Source of the DNA: Isurus oxyrinchus
Lineage: Eukaryota
Length of the DNA stretch: 64,000 nucleotides
Assembly (NCBI GenBank): GCA_026770705.1
Contig: JANJGN010000008.1
Span: 51,150,001 to 51,214,000 of the forward strand
Direction of reading: 5' to 3'
Part shown: positions 37,727 through 49,400 of the stretch, in pieces
How the letters are laid out: each line of letters begins with the position of its first letter
Position numbering within the stretch: position 1 is the first letter of the stretch
Program-made: the position numbers and the translations under genes
Notes under the pieces: model-generated
Database searches by the model: none
The model's input: only the letters and a program-made list of their open reading frames with translations
Told to the model about the DNA's origin: nothing

Positions 37727-38469
37727 TAATTACAAACAACAAAATCATTAAGGATCACAAATTATGTTGCAATACTACGATTTAAGTTAAAATTATAAGC
37801 AATATGTGTAGAAATTCATGCAAATTAAATTCTTACAAAAAGGTCACATTTAATCTAATATTTTATATTTCTTTTTCAGATGCTGAGCAGCCTAATGTGC
37901 ATTTACATCATGTAAAATAAAAATAATTGACTGATGCACTGCTTTTGCTAATCTAAAACAATTTGAACATTTTGAGGGATTACTCTGCAGTACACAAACA
38001 TCACTGTCTCGGTATGCAACTGAAGTACCCAAATAAGAACAGACCAGTAAATAAAATTCTTCTAACATTCTGGTGGATGTACTCTTGTCAAGAAAATCTG
38101 CCTTCTAGTCTCCATCCACTTTACAGTCAGATAGTTTAAGAAGTCTTTCTTTATTTCCAACAGTTGTTTAAACAAAGCTATGAACATTGTTACACCAAGA
38201 ATCAGTGGCCATTTAAATCCTTTCACCCTTTATAGATAGGATGTTGAGGTGCATGAAAGAAAGTTGAAAGTTTTAAACTTTTGGAACTTTATTATGAAAG
38301 GGTTTCTTCTTAATCCACATAGGTATGCACTGCTTACATTTTTGCGAGATTAAGAAAGAGAATTTACCACATAGATGTTTTAGAAACTTGTAATATACAA
38401 ATAAGTCCACAATTATTCACTCCACTTGTTGGGTAATACCAGAGCCAAACAATATTTTTTCTTTATTTA

Positions 38470-38850
38470 TTTTATTTTTCTTTATTCTTTCATGGGATGT
38501 AGGTGTTGGTGGCGAGGCTCATTCTAACTGCCCTTGAGCTGAATGACTTGCTCAGCAATATCAGAGGGCAGTTAAAAATCCACATTGCTGTGGGTCTGGA
38601 ATCTCACATAGGCCAGACCAGGTAAAGATGGCGGTTTTCCTTTCCGAAAGGACATTAGTGAACCAGATGGGTTTTTACGATAATCGATCGTGATCACCAT
38701 TATCGAAACTAGCTTTATATTCCAGATTTACTTATGAATTCAAATTCCACCAGCTGCCGTGGTGAGATTCAAACCCATGTCCCCAGAAAATTCACCTGGG
38801 CCTCTGGGTCACTAGTCCAGTTACATTACTACTGCACCACCATCTCCCCC
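38470..38850 (-). mobile_element. tRNA-derived SINE (same family as 44745-45110)
   Basis: Reverse complement of the core aaaacccatctggttcactaatgtcctt..ggaaaacc.ccatctttacctggtctggcctatgtgagattccagacccacagcaatgtgg, plus head ggggagatggtggtgcagtagtaatgtaactggactagt. Confidence 0.8.
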
Positions 38851-39156
38851 TGGGATATAATATGATTGACTAATTAAGAGTCAGGGGTAGGGGTGGCCAG
38901 TCAGATGATGCTCATGTTTTGTGGCAAGAAAACATAATGCACAAAAGAGTAACTTCTACTCAAAATGAAGTCTATAGGCTAAAGCTCCAATCATAAAACA
39001 TCCTTTTGATACACTTCTTTTGCTATTATTGCCTCCTTTCCCAAACTCCTTGCTTCACAAGTTTCCAAACTCCATTGGTCAGATGTTTGTTATCTATGTT
39101 CATTCAAATGCTGTCAAAACTCAATTACTGACCAATGCAATTAACATTTTCAGACA

Positions 39157-39359
39157 TCATTTCTCTTGCTCATCTCTATCAAAACATTTCATAATTTTAA
39201 ATACCTGAATCCAACTCTGATTCCTTTTGGATGTTTTGATGGCTATCTGTCTATTGATGGCCTCTGGTTATGCTCTTCCCCACAAGAGGAAACATTCTCT
39301 CTCTATCATCTCTATCAAAACATTTCATAATTTTAAATACCTGAATCCAACTCTGATTC
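39157..39359 (-). repeat. Inverted local copy of LINE segment 36267-36394 plus a 54-bp direct repeat
   Basis: 39217-39342 equals the reverse complement of 36267-36394 with 3 substitutions and a 2-nt deletion. 39170-39223 is identical to 39306-39359. Confidence 0.9.
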
Positions 39360-41379
39360 AATGGATATGTCATCTAAATTGTATTTAGCGTGTGTTTGAG
39401 AGAAACTTGAGTGAATTGCTGCAAATAAATTGTTTAACAGGGAAGAATTTTTCAAGAACAATATCTTCTTTCTAATTATTTGAAATTACCACAGGATCCA
39501 ACACATCAAATTCAATAAACGTGAGCTTCCTGAAAAGATTGTCCATAGCTTTCAACAGTCAAATATACAAGTGTACAGATTACCATAACATGCACTAACA
39601 CTCTTTTACTCTTTCTGCCTTGTGTACCACCAGATATATTTTAAACACTTCTAAAAATTAGGCCCTTATCAGAAATCAAGCTTACACATTTGTTTGAAAA
39701 TACATATGGTACATATACACTTTAGACTAATATGGTTGTTGATCCACCAGTTTGCAAAATGAAAACCTCTCTGCAACCTAGAGCAATTAGATATGATAAT
39801 TTTGAGTCACTCTGGGGATCCACCTGTAATTCAACAATGTGAACCAATCCTATTAAGCAATGTCAAAATATTCCAATTGTTTCTTTTCCCTAACACATTA
39901 ATCCACAAAGTTTTATTGCATAATTACAGGCAAGCTACTCCATTTGGGTGCTATCATTCTAATACTTGGGTGATTAAAAAAATATATTTAAAAAGATTAT
40001 CCGTGTGCAGACCTCCTTGTTCTTTGGGTGTTCCTCATTGCCCTTCTTCTCGGGTTCTACATTTGATGAGGCTGCTTGATATTTAATTGCAGAAATTTGC
40101 TTCCTTCACATCAAAGCTAAACTGCTAGGGACAGGCTATGAAGAACATCCTACTGACAGTCTCTCTCTAGATTTATACATGAGAGAACGGTTACCTCAAC
40201 AAAGTGCCTGAGACCTAGCTACTAGCATGCCAGCAAGACGCACCACACCTCTAAGGAAGAAGAAAATTGTGGGGAGTGGGAGGGCATAGGAATTGAGATA
40301 GATCCTGCAAAAAGTGGAATTATACCAATGCACGTGCAGAATAAACTAAAGAGAAAACAGGATGGTATTTCTGAGGTAGGTAAGCATCCTGCAAGTGTTT
40401 TCAAGACATTTTTCTATCCAGTGCAGTTTCAGTACAATACATATGAAAACACCCTTCCCACTTTCCAAGTTATTAGTTGTGCTAAAACTATTAAAAGAGT
40501 CTAGATATTGAAACTCAAGGTTGAGTAAATTTAAGCCACTGTGCATATAAAGTACATATACATATGAGCAAATTGGAGGAAATCATCAGCTTTATCATTT
40601 CTTCCAGAGTTGAGAACTATATCTATAATATATTCAAACATCTTGCATCTGTTGCACTGTCAATTATTTTCATTGTAACTTCTGATTCCAAGTTTATGCT
40701 GAAAACTATGCCATGCTGTAATTTACACCCTTCATCTCCCCGACCCACTGCCAACATCCCACCCCCAAAGGGGTTTGTTTTTACTGTTGCACACCACAGA
40801 GATAAGGAGCCCATTCTGCTGGATTGTACTTATCAGATAATTACCGACATATATTGTGGTCTTATTAGTTTCTTTCCTTTTTTTGCTATCACCCCCCCAC
40901 CCCACCAATACTCTCCAAAAGTTAGAAGAGAAACATAGCGAATGGGGAACTGGGACTGAACAAATAAAATTTGAGCACAGCAGTTTCTTTGACAACAACT
41001 CCATCCTCAGTTGAAGCATACACTAGATTGTAGCAGCTTTATCATTAAGTTTATTTAACATGCTACAACCAATATGATATAGATTTTTAAAAAAAATTAA
41101 ATCATCGATTCAAATTTGTCTGAATACCAACACGTTTTCTCTCTGCTATTTTATTACTCCCACCAGGCACAATCTAAGTTTAGATGGGTAGAATTTAGAT
41201 TCGTAATCAAGGGTTTGCCCCCCCCACCCCCCATTTTAAACAGATGTGGTAGAAAACATTTCTCTGCCCGCCAATATACTTTAATAAAATCTGTGTGACA
41301 AATCACTATGAAAAAGCTTAAAAGCGTACAAAAACAATAATCATATCAATTTCTTGTTGCGATTTACTAGATTTCTCAA

Positions 41380-42475
41380 CAAAGCAGACTCATGACCAAG
41401 GTCAGAACATGTGGAATCAAGAGATGAATAGCAGAATGGATAGCAAGCTTGCTACAATACAGAAAACAGTAGGAGCTTGCAGTAGTTTCTCAGATGGTAA
41501 AAAGGAGCAAATCGATGCTTGTACCACTATTGTTCACCATTTACGTAAACAACATGGACTCAGGAATCAGGTGGATAATTTCAAAATTTGCAGATCAACC
41601 CAAATTTTTGGGGGAGGGGGTATAGTTAATACAGAAGCAGACTGTGACAAAATACAGGAAAACATTAATAAACTGCAGAATGGTCATGTAATTGGCAAAC
41701 GAAATTCAATATAGATATGTGTAAGGTGTATGTTTTGGATTTTGGTGGGAGGAGTAAAGGAAACCGCATATCCTTTCAAAAATAAGAAACTAAATTAGGT
41801 AGAGGAACAGAAGCAAGAATCACGAAAGCAGAGATGCAAGTTAATAAAGTCATGAAAAAAAATCACTGGGGTTCATTCTAGAGGGATAGAATTGAAAAGC
41901 AGAGAGGGGATGTTAAATTCCTACAGAATCTTGAATAGACCGCACTTGAAGCACTGTGAACAATTCTGGTCTCCAAAAGGATATAGAGGCACTGGACAGG
42001 AAGAATAAAAAGATTTACCAGAATGATAAGTATAACCTCTCAGTTGTGTTATCAGGAAAGATTCAACAAGGGGTCTGGTTCAATCTTTCTCCAGCAAAGA
42101 TTGAATCAGGACTTGATAGGGATCTTTAAGATTATGGAAGGGTTCAATTCATGGAGAAGCTGTTTTCATTTGCAGGGAAGACCAGAAAAAGGATCTATAA
42201 ATATAAGATAGTCATTACTAAATCCAATAGGGAATTCAAGAAAAATGTTTTTACACAGAGTGGTTAGAATATGGAACTCCCTGCAACAAGGGGCAGTTGA
42301 GGCGACTAGCATTAATGTGAGTAAGGGGAGGCTAATAAACACTTGAGGGAGAAAGGAATGGAGATATATGTTGATCGGGCTAGGTTAAAAAGGGTGGGAA
42401 GAGGCTTGTGTAGAATATAAACACCGGCATAAACCTGTTGTGCCAAATAGTCTGTTTCTGTGCTGTAAGTACAAC
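41380..42475 (+). mobile_element. Old CR1 LINE 3' fragment
   Basis: SKFADQPKFLG-like RT motif, DCDKIQENINKL, LNSYRILNRPHLKHC.QFWSP, and CR1 tail gccaaatagtctgtttctgtgctgtaa. Confidence 0.8.
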
Positions 42476-43559
42476 GTAATAGTGCACATTTCTAGATAAT
42501 GGAATCATTCGAATTCTGTTAGCAATAAAGTATGTGTTGAAGCTTCATGCAATGCTTTGACTATCACACTTATGTGCTAAAAATCAAGTACTGAATTTGA
42601 CCGGTGTTTGGAAAAGAAAACATTTGACATTAAAAAGCACTAGCATTTTTCTTTAAAAAGATAGCTTTCCTTTAACTAAGTTTCCAAAGGAAGAATACCA
42701 TCATCCTACATTTGGAATAATTAAGCTAGTTATTTTTAGGTGTGCTTTGGTTTGTTTGAAATGTTAATGTACACAGCTCAGACAAAATTATAGTTCCTAG
42801 TCATGGTCTGGTATGAAGCCCAATCTCAGGGATTGGGCAACTGAAGCCAGCAATTTAAAGACATTACCAGGTGCTTTCCAAGGAGTAAATGCTGAACACT
42901 TTGGTCTTGGGGGAAATAATTTCATTTTCAAAGGAAAGTTCATCCTTATAATGAAAGGCCCCTTATGATCTTCAGTTCTCTATTTTCCTTTTCTGGTAAT
43001 ATGTGTTTGAAGGCAATAGGGGTTCCACGAGGAATCATCTCACGTAACTCAGAGTATATGTTGCCTTCAATTTGCTGGGAAGAGACTCTATGAAGTGCCT
43101 TTCTGTGAAAGGGTATATTTAACCAATTCCAATTCTATGTATTAATGTTATTGTCATCAGTAAACAAATCTAATACTTTAACTTATGCGCAGCACTGTAG
43201 TCTAATGGTGATATGTTTCCACCTTCAAAAATGATGGGATTATTTAGTATGGATTTTCCAGTAAACAAGTTTAATAAATTTGGGATTAATTGTTAAACAT
43301 GCACTACACTTGCTGGGGCTCCAGTACACAATGCCAAAGAGGGGGATGTTTTTGAAAAATAAGTGAATTCAAATTCTCATTTTTTTCATGATATTTGAAT
43401 TGAAATTAAAATGAAATTAGGCAAAAGCCAGAAAACATCCTTTCTATTCAACCATGACAACTCCATATGCTTTTGAATCCTCATTAGTTTATTAATGTAC
43501 AGATCTTCTCAAGCTGGGACCTTCCTTTCTTGTCTAAAGTAATAATCAGATTTAAAAAA

Positions 43560-44012
43560 AAAAAATTAAATGGTTCTACTTTACACTGAGGCAGTCCCAC
43601 CAGAAATTACTAGACAGCACCTTGTAAAGTCCAATTTTTCCTATCTTGTCTTCCACCTCCAATTTGATAGAGAAGGCATGCATCCATGACAGAACCAGTT
43701 GGTAAAACCTGATTAAGTGCTGCTAGATGGTGGCTATTCTCTTTTCTCCTGCCTACCCTTTCAAGTGGGTGTGAACAAAAGAATTCCATGCCATTAGTCA
43801 AGGTAGGCAAAGAGAGTCCCTCCCAGCATCCTGGCCAACATTTACTCTGTTTTAGCATTGTTGCTTGAAGGCTCTAGATTTTGCTGCGTGCACTAAACAG
43901 CTGCCATGTTTGCCTATAAGTAATTATACTTAAAAAGTAACTAATTGACTGTGAAGTCCTTTGCGAAATATTGAGGGCACAAAAGAATACATATAAATAC
44001 AAGTTCTTCCTT
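43560..44012 (+). mobile_element. Deu-type SINE remnant
   Basis: gtgggtgtgaacaaaagaattccatgcc..gagagtccctcccagcatcctggccaacattt..gctgccatgtttgcct..atataaatacaagttc. Confidence 0.6.
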
Positions 44013-44139
44013 ACTCCTCCTCCATAATGCAGATTTTAATGCACAAAAATAAACTAAAAAGCAGTTAAGAATATAGCGAGACATTTAACGTGCAGGCTGG
44101 CATCAAATTATTTTAGGGTTTTTCCTCCTTGACTATTTT

Positions 44140-44440
44140 TTACTCATTCACGGGATGTGGGCTTGACTGGCTGGGCCAGCATTTATTGCCCATCCCGAAC
44201 TGCCCTCGAGAAGGTGGTGGTGAGCTGCCTTCTTGAACCGCTGCAGTCCATGTGGTGTAGGTACACCCACAGTGCTGTTAGGAAGGGGGTTCCAGGATTT
44301 TGACCCAGCGACAGTGAAGGAACGGTGATATATTCCCAAGTCAGGATAGGGAGTTACTTGGAGGGAACTTCCAGGTGATGGTGTTCCCATCTATCTGCTG
44401 CCCTTGTCCTTCTAGAATGTAGTGGTCATGGGTTTGGATT
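44140..44440 (-). mobile_element. LINE 3' end (same family as 85-1160)
   Basis: ORF remnant FTVAGSKSWNPLPNSTVGVPTPHGLQRFKKAAHHHLL plus the shared tail; colinear with 85-390. Confidence 0.85.
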
Positions 44441-44744
44441 GGACTTGATTAACAATGTCCCTGCATAATTAATTCCCAACTGCTAGATTCCAGAAAAGAT
44501 CCTAACATTTAGTTTAGGCAAATGTTGCAATCATGTGGAATATCTATCTAACATGACTTACTCTGACTTATTTACTATATCAGAAAAATTATTTAAAATT
44601 CTAATTTGAGATCAATATTGCAAAGGGTTAAAATACTGTGTGTGCCTCTCTGGGGTATGGGATTTAAAGCAGCCCCATCTGATAAAAGCATTTTCCTCCC
44701 TTGGCTGAAAGAGTATGAAGAGTTTGAGTTGCATCAGGGGGACA

Positions 44745-45110
44745 CTATAATGTAATGGGCCAGAAGTCCAGGTTAAGGTTCTGGGGGCAGGGGTTCAAAT
44801 TTCAATATAGCAGCTGGTGGAATTTAAATTTAATTAATAAATCTGGAATTGAGAGCTAGTCTCAGTAACGGTGACCATGAAACTAATCATTGATTGTCAT
44901 AAAAATCCATCTAGTCCTTTAGGGACGGAAATCTGATGTCCTTACCCGTTCTGGCCTACGTGCGACTCCAGACCCACTGCAAAATGGGTGACTCTTAACT
45001 TCCCTCTGAAATGGCCTAGCAAGCCACTCAGTTCAAGGGCAATTAGGGCTGGGTAAAAAATGCTGGCCTTGCCAGTGACACCCACATACCATGAAAGAAT
45101 TTTTTAAAAA
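44745..45110 (+). mobile_element. tRNA-derived SINE whose 3' tail matches the LINE at 85-1160
   Basis: B-box-like gggttcaaat; core aaaatccatct..tcctttagggacggaaatctg..ccttacc..tctggcctacgtgcgactccagacccac; tail aagggcaattagggctgggtaaaaaatgctggccttgccagtgacacccacataccatgaaagaat. Confidence 0.8.
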
Positions 45111-46499
45111 GCCATGCTCCTAGGGACCTAAGGCCACAAGTCAAATTAGCAATTTCACAAAACAAGGGTGATTATCGTTAGCAGATGCAAAATTAATGCT
45201 GGTATTGTAGGGGATGCACTTGAGTTTCAGTAAGGGGAGCTTTGCTCTGCAGGTGACTGTTGTACCTGACCTCTCAATTCTTAATATTTACACTCACTAT
45301 ATGAAAATGAACATATATAAAAATTTATCCCCAAAATTGTTCAATTCCAAATATAATTTCTGATTTACTAAGGATTAAAACAAATATAGGTTGCTCATTT
45401 AATAGAAGGTAATGAGGTAAACATTCTTTATGATTACATATACTTATCATCAACCACCAGTATTGAGCTTTTGTAGCAAGTCTAACTAAAAACCAAAATG
45501 TCATAAATACACCTTTTGCTTTGGGTTCAGAATCTTGCACTGCTACAGTGATAAAGTCCTAGTCAAAGGCACAGTGAAATATTAAATTATAAAGCAGCGG
45601 ATCAGGACACAAGATTTCCAATTTATTATAACTATAGCATAAGGAGGGATTTTGTCAAAAGAAAATAAAATCCAAATATACAAAACCATCAAACAATAGT
45701 GAAAATCCTGAAATCCTCTGTAATAATTTGGGCACTATTATTCAGTGGTCCTAAAAAGACGTGGTTGGAATCGCTGAATGTGATCCGCAAAATACTGATA
45801 AAAATCTCAGCATAACAGAATAGCAGAGGGTAACTTACTTGATCATCGTAAAAATAGTTTCTGATCATCAAATATTTTGATTGAATAAAGTAAAATTTAA
45901 GTTAATTATTTCATTAGCAAAAATGAAGAACATCTTCAGGAGTAGGGGGAAAAGTATGTCAAAAGCCTAAGGCTAATAGAGAAAATGCTGATGAAAACAT
46001 GAAAGCAACACCGACACAAATCTGGCATCAAATTGCTTACCTGTTTTATCAGGTAGGCACAATACAAGAAGAAAATAAATATTGAATCAAACAAGTGATA
46101 AAGCATCTGTAATAGTATTTGATTTAGGTAAATATTCCAATATTAAAAAGTGCAGCTAATTTAGTTTTAGTTTTCAAATGGGAGTCCCTACAATACTAGA
46201 GAGACACAATACAATTAAGCTGGCCATATTGATAGAACACAACCCTTTCCATTATCTCAGTGGATTGGGCAAACTTGGAGTTAAAGCAAAGACGCTTCCT
46301 CCAGCACAGGGAAAAATCCCAAGGACGAGAAGCTAGGCGCTCCCACGTATCACCTTCTAGCTAGCTCAAGAGAGGTGACAGGCCAGGGAATGGATCATTT
46401 ATCCTCTTGTCCAGAAAACTGTGTGCATCATAAGTAGGACCTAGAATACATTGTTTTAAATGAATCTTCACATGTTGACTCTGCTAGAGAATGGGCTCT

Positions 46500-49400
46500 A
46501 TAAGAAGATATAATACAGGAGAAAGTACTGGAATAGTATAATTTAATTCTGAAAATTTAAGTGCACTTGATTGTTTTTCATACATATCTTGCTTTGTACA
46601 AATTTGATTCTTTTGTCTCTTACTAGAATGCATCAGGTTGTTCAGACTGCATTACCACAAATTAAATCATAGATTCACAACTGATTTGGAATTGTTGGAA
46701 ACTGGACTTATCTATGCATAGTCAGTGGAGCAAACAAATGAGATATTTCAATTCTAAACTACACACATGATTACCATCTGTCACTCTTTAAATGAACATT
46801 TAAGTTATCTACATTAAATACTTCAAGAGCAAGATGTGAAAATGTAGAGCATTTAAATGTATTATAAATTGCTAAGAATAGAAAAACCTGTTGCCATTTT
46901 TAATTCTTCCTCTTTTGACAGAAATCTTTACTTGCAGAATGAGCAACACAAGGTTAGAAAAAGTTCTGTTCATTGTGATGCACTCTTAACCTCTAAACCA
47001 GTTAAAGTTTACTTTAACTGTGAAAATAAATTGTCGTGATTGAATCTTAAACAGGCAACTGCAAAGGGTTAGTGTTGCTTAGATTAAAATTAACATATTT
47101 TGCTTTGAAGAAATTTATTTTGTACCAGTCAGGGTTTTATGGTAACTTGTCTACATCAGTTATTATTACTGCTAGATTGGGAATATCAAAAGACATCACT
47201 TTTTCAAAACTCATTTGAATGATGCAAACTGATGGAAGAAATTAATTGAGACAAGATTTGACTGCCATGGAGAGCTCCTTCTGAAATTCAGATTCTTACG
47301 GAAAAGTTTAATATCAATTATATTCAGACAGATTAAGATATTCTAGCAATGACCTGTCTCAAGTTTATAGGTACAGGAGGTATTGCAAAAGTTAGGCTTG
47401 AAATAACTAAAAAAAAAATCAGAATGGGAATATTAAGTGTAGGCTGCTTCAGGGCTCTACATAAAATAATTGCCATGTTGCATGGGGTAAGTAGTAATTG
47501 TCTCTGTGAACTTTCGTTTTTGATTGGGGAAGCGTGACGCAAAACAGTAAATGCCATCTTCAGTAATTGTATTGATATTATTACTAATAATGATTTAAAT
47601 CAACTGATATGTCCATCTGCCACTACAATAGGACAAAAATTCATTCACCTATCCCATTACAGTCCACCAATAATATTCCAAAGTGTGTGAAGTATTATCA
47701 TCTAGAAATAATAATTACTCACTTAATCTTTAAGCATGCAATAATACTTCCACTTCAGCAACAAAAACTACAAGTTTTATTCTTAAGGATGTCTTGTAAA
47801 ATTTTAATTTGGGAATTTTCTCAATGCTACCAAACTCTACATAAATTCCATTAAGTTATTATGCAATGGGAAGTTGCAAGTGTATATGGCCAGCAAATAT
47901 CACTGTTGTGGCATTTTTATATTATATTTGGATAATCAAAAAAAATCTGCAAGCCATTTGCATCTTAAAAGAACATTCCAACAAAATAGTCTACCACGAA
48001 AGATTCTCAAAAGGAATTTATTAGGATTGTGAAAATACAACAAAAAATATTTCTAAAACTTCTAAAATTAACTTCATTTCTGACAATTAAAAATTAAATC
48101 AGCACCATGCTTAATTGATAGTAAATGGCAGTAAATCAGTCAAATATTTTAGGTAAAAGTTTTGAAACAGACTGGAAAGGTAATAATGGTATCACATTTT
48201 GACACTTAGCGAGTTTTACAAACTGAGACTTTAAACTTAAAGCGAAGAAACTTACTAGCATACTATTTTTGGTTTTCTTTTAATTGGTTCCTACTCACAT
48301 ACTGTAAACAGTAAATTAATTCCAAATTTGACTCCTTGCCAAAAATGCATTTCTTTATGCACTAGCATTTTTTTTTGATAATAAAAGTGCCTTGCTTCAA
48401 AGAAGTTGGTAAAGGTTGGATTTACCAATTCGAACTTTAACTAGTGTATAGTCAGGCTCGCGGAGGAAATGGGGAAGAAACAAAAAGTACAAATATTTAA
48501 AAATCCCAGTTATTGCACATCACTCATCTACTAAATTTAATCACGACACCTTTTAAAATCTGTGGCACCTTGCAAAATGATGGCTATTAACGTAGCAGGC
48601 TACTATTCTTAACTTTTACTCACAATTCAGGCCATCACTAACTGCTTGGCTGCAAGTCAAATGTACTGCAAAATATAAGGTTGTGTTTTCAAACAGGTAG
48701 TCCTACTCTAAAATTCTGCACAGATTTAAATCTGAGAAAAGTCATTTTCTGGAATATTTTTGAGCCATATTAGTTGCCAATCCTTGAATGAAAATAGCCA
48801 CATTTGAGGTTTATCATCATTGAGAATATGGTGGAATTCAGACAAGGCAGAATGGCTTTCAGTAAATATCTTTGAAGCCAGTATCCACTGGTCTGATTAA
48901 AGCCAATGAATCTTCGAACTACTGCACTGCAAAGCTGCTGGCACTTGAAGCAAACTGGCAAGCACACAAATTCAAAATCATGTACAATATATGAGTGGAG
49001 GTGGGGCAGATTTCAGGTCACTACTTAAAACAAGGGCTGCCACAACAATTGTTGTATAGGCTGTAAATCATTCAATAATGTACTTTCATGAAATAAGTAA
49101 TTTATCATTGGGATTTGTATGAAATGTATAGCATATACTTCTAGTTATTAACCTCTTCTACATTCTTGGTTAAAATCAAGTAAAATTACATTTGATTGCA
49201 TTTACCGATCTTGTCCTGCTGTCATTTTGTTTTCGAATTAAGTCTCCACCTGTGTGAAATCTGTTATGGTGTGAGCTGGATTACTTATCCTGGCTTGGCA
49301 GTAGTATTGGATAAATGAGATTCTGCATGACTTGTTAACACCAAACATGGGGGTGGAAGTGGGGGGGGGGGGGGGGGGGGGGAGGAGGAAAGAGAGGGGG

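Noticed and set aside
39170-39359. CRISPR-like repeat-spacer-repeat
   Set aside because: Only two 54-bp repeats, derived from LINE sequence, in a vertebrate genome with no cas genes.
46035-46058. Hairpin gcttacctg-ttttat-caggtaggc as a possible miRNA or ncRNA
   Set aside because: The stem is only ~9 bp, too short for a pre-miRNA and expected by chance.
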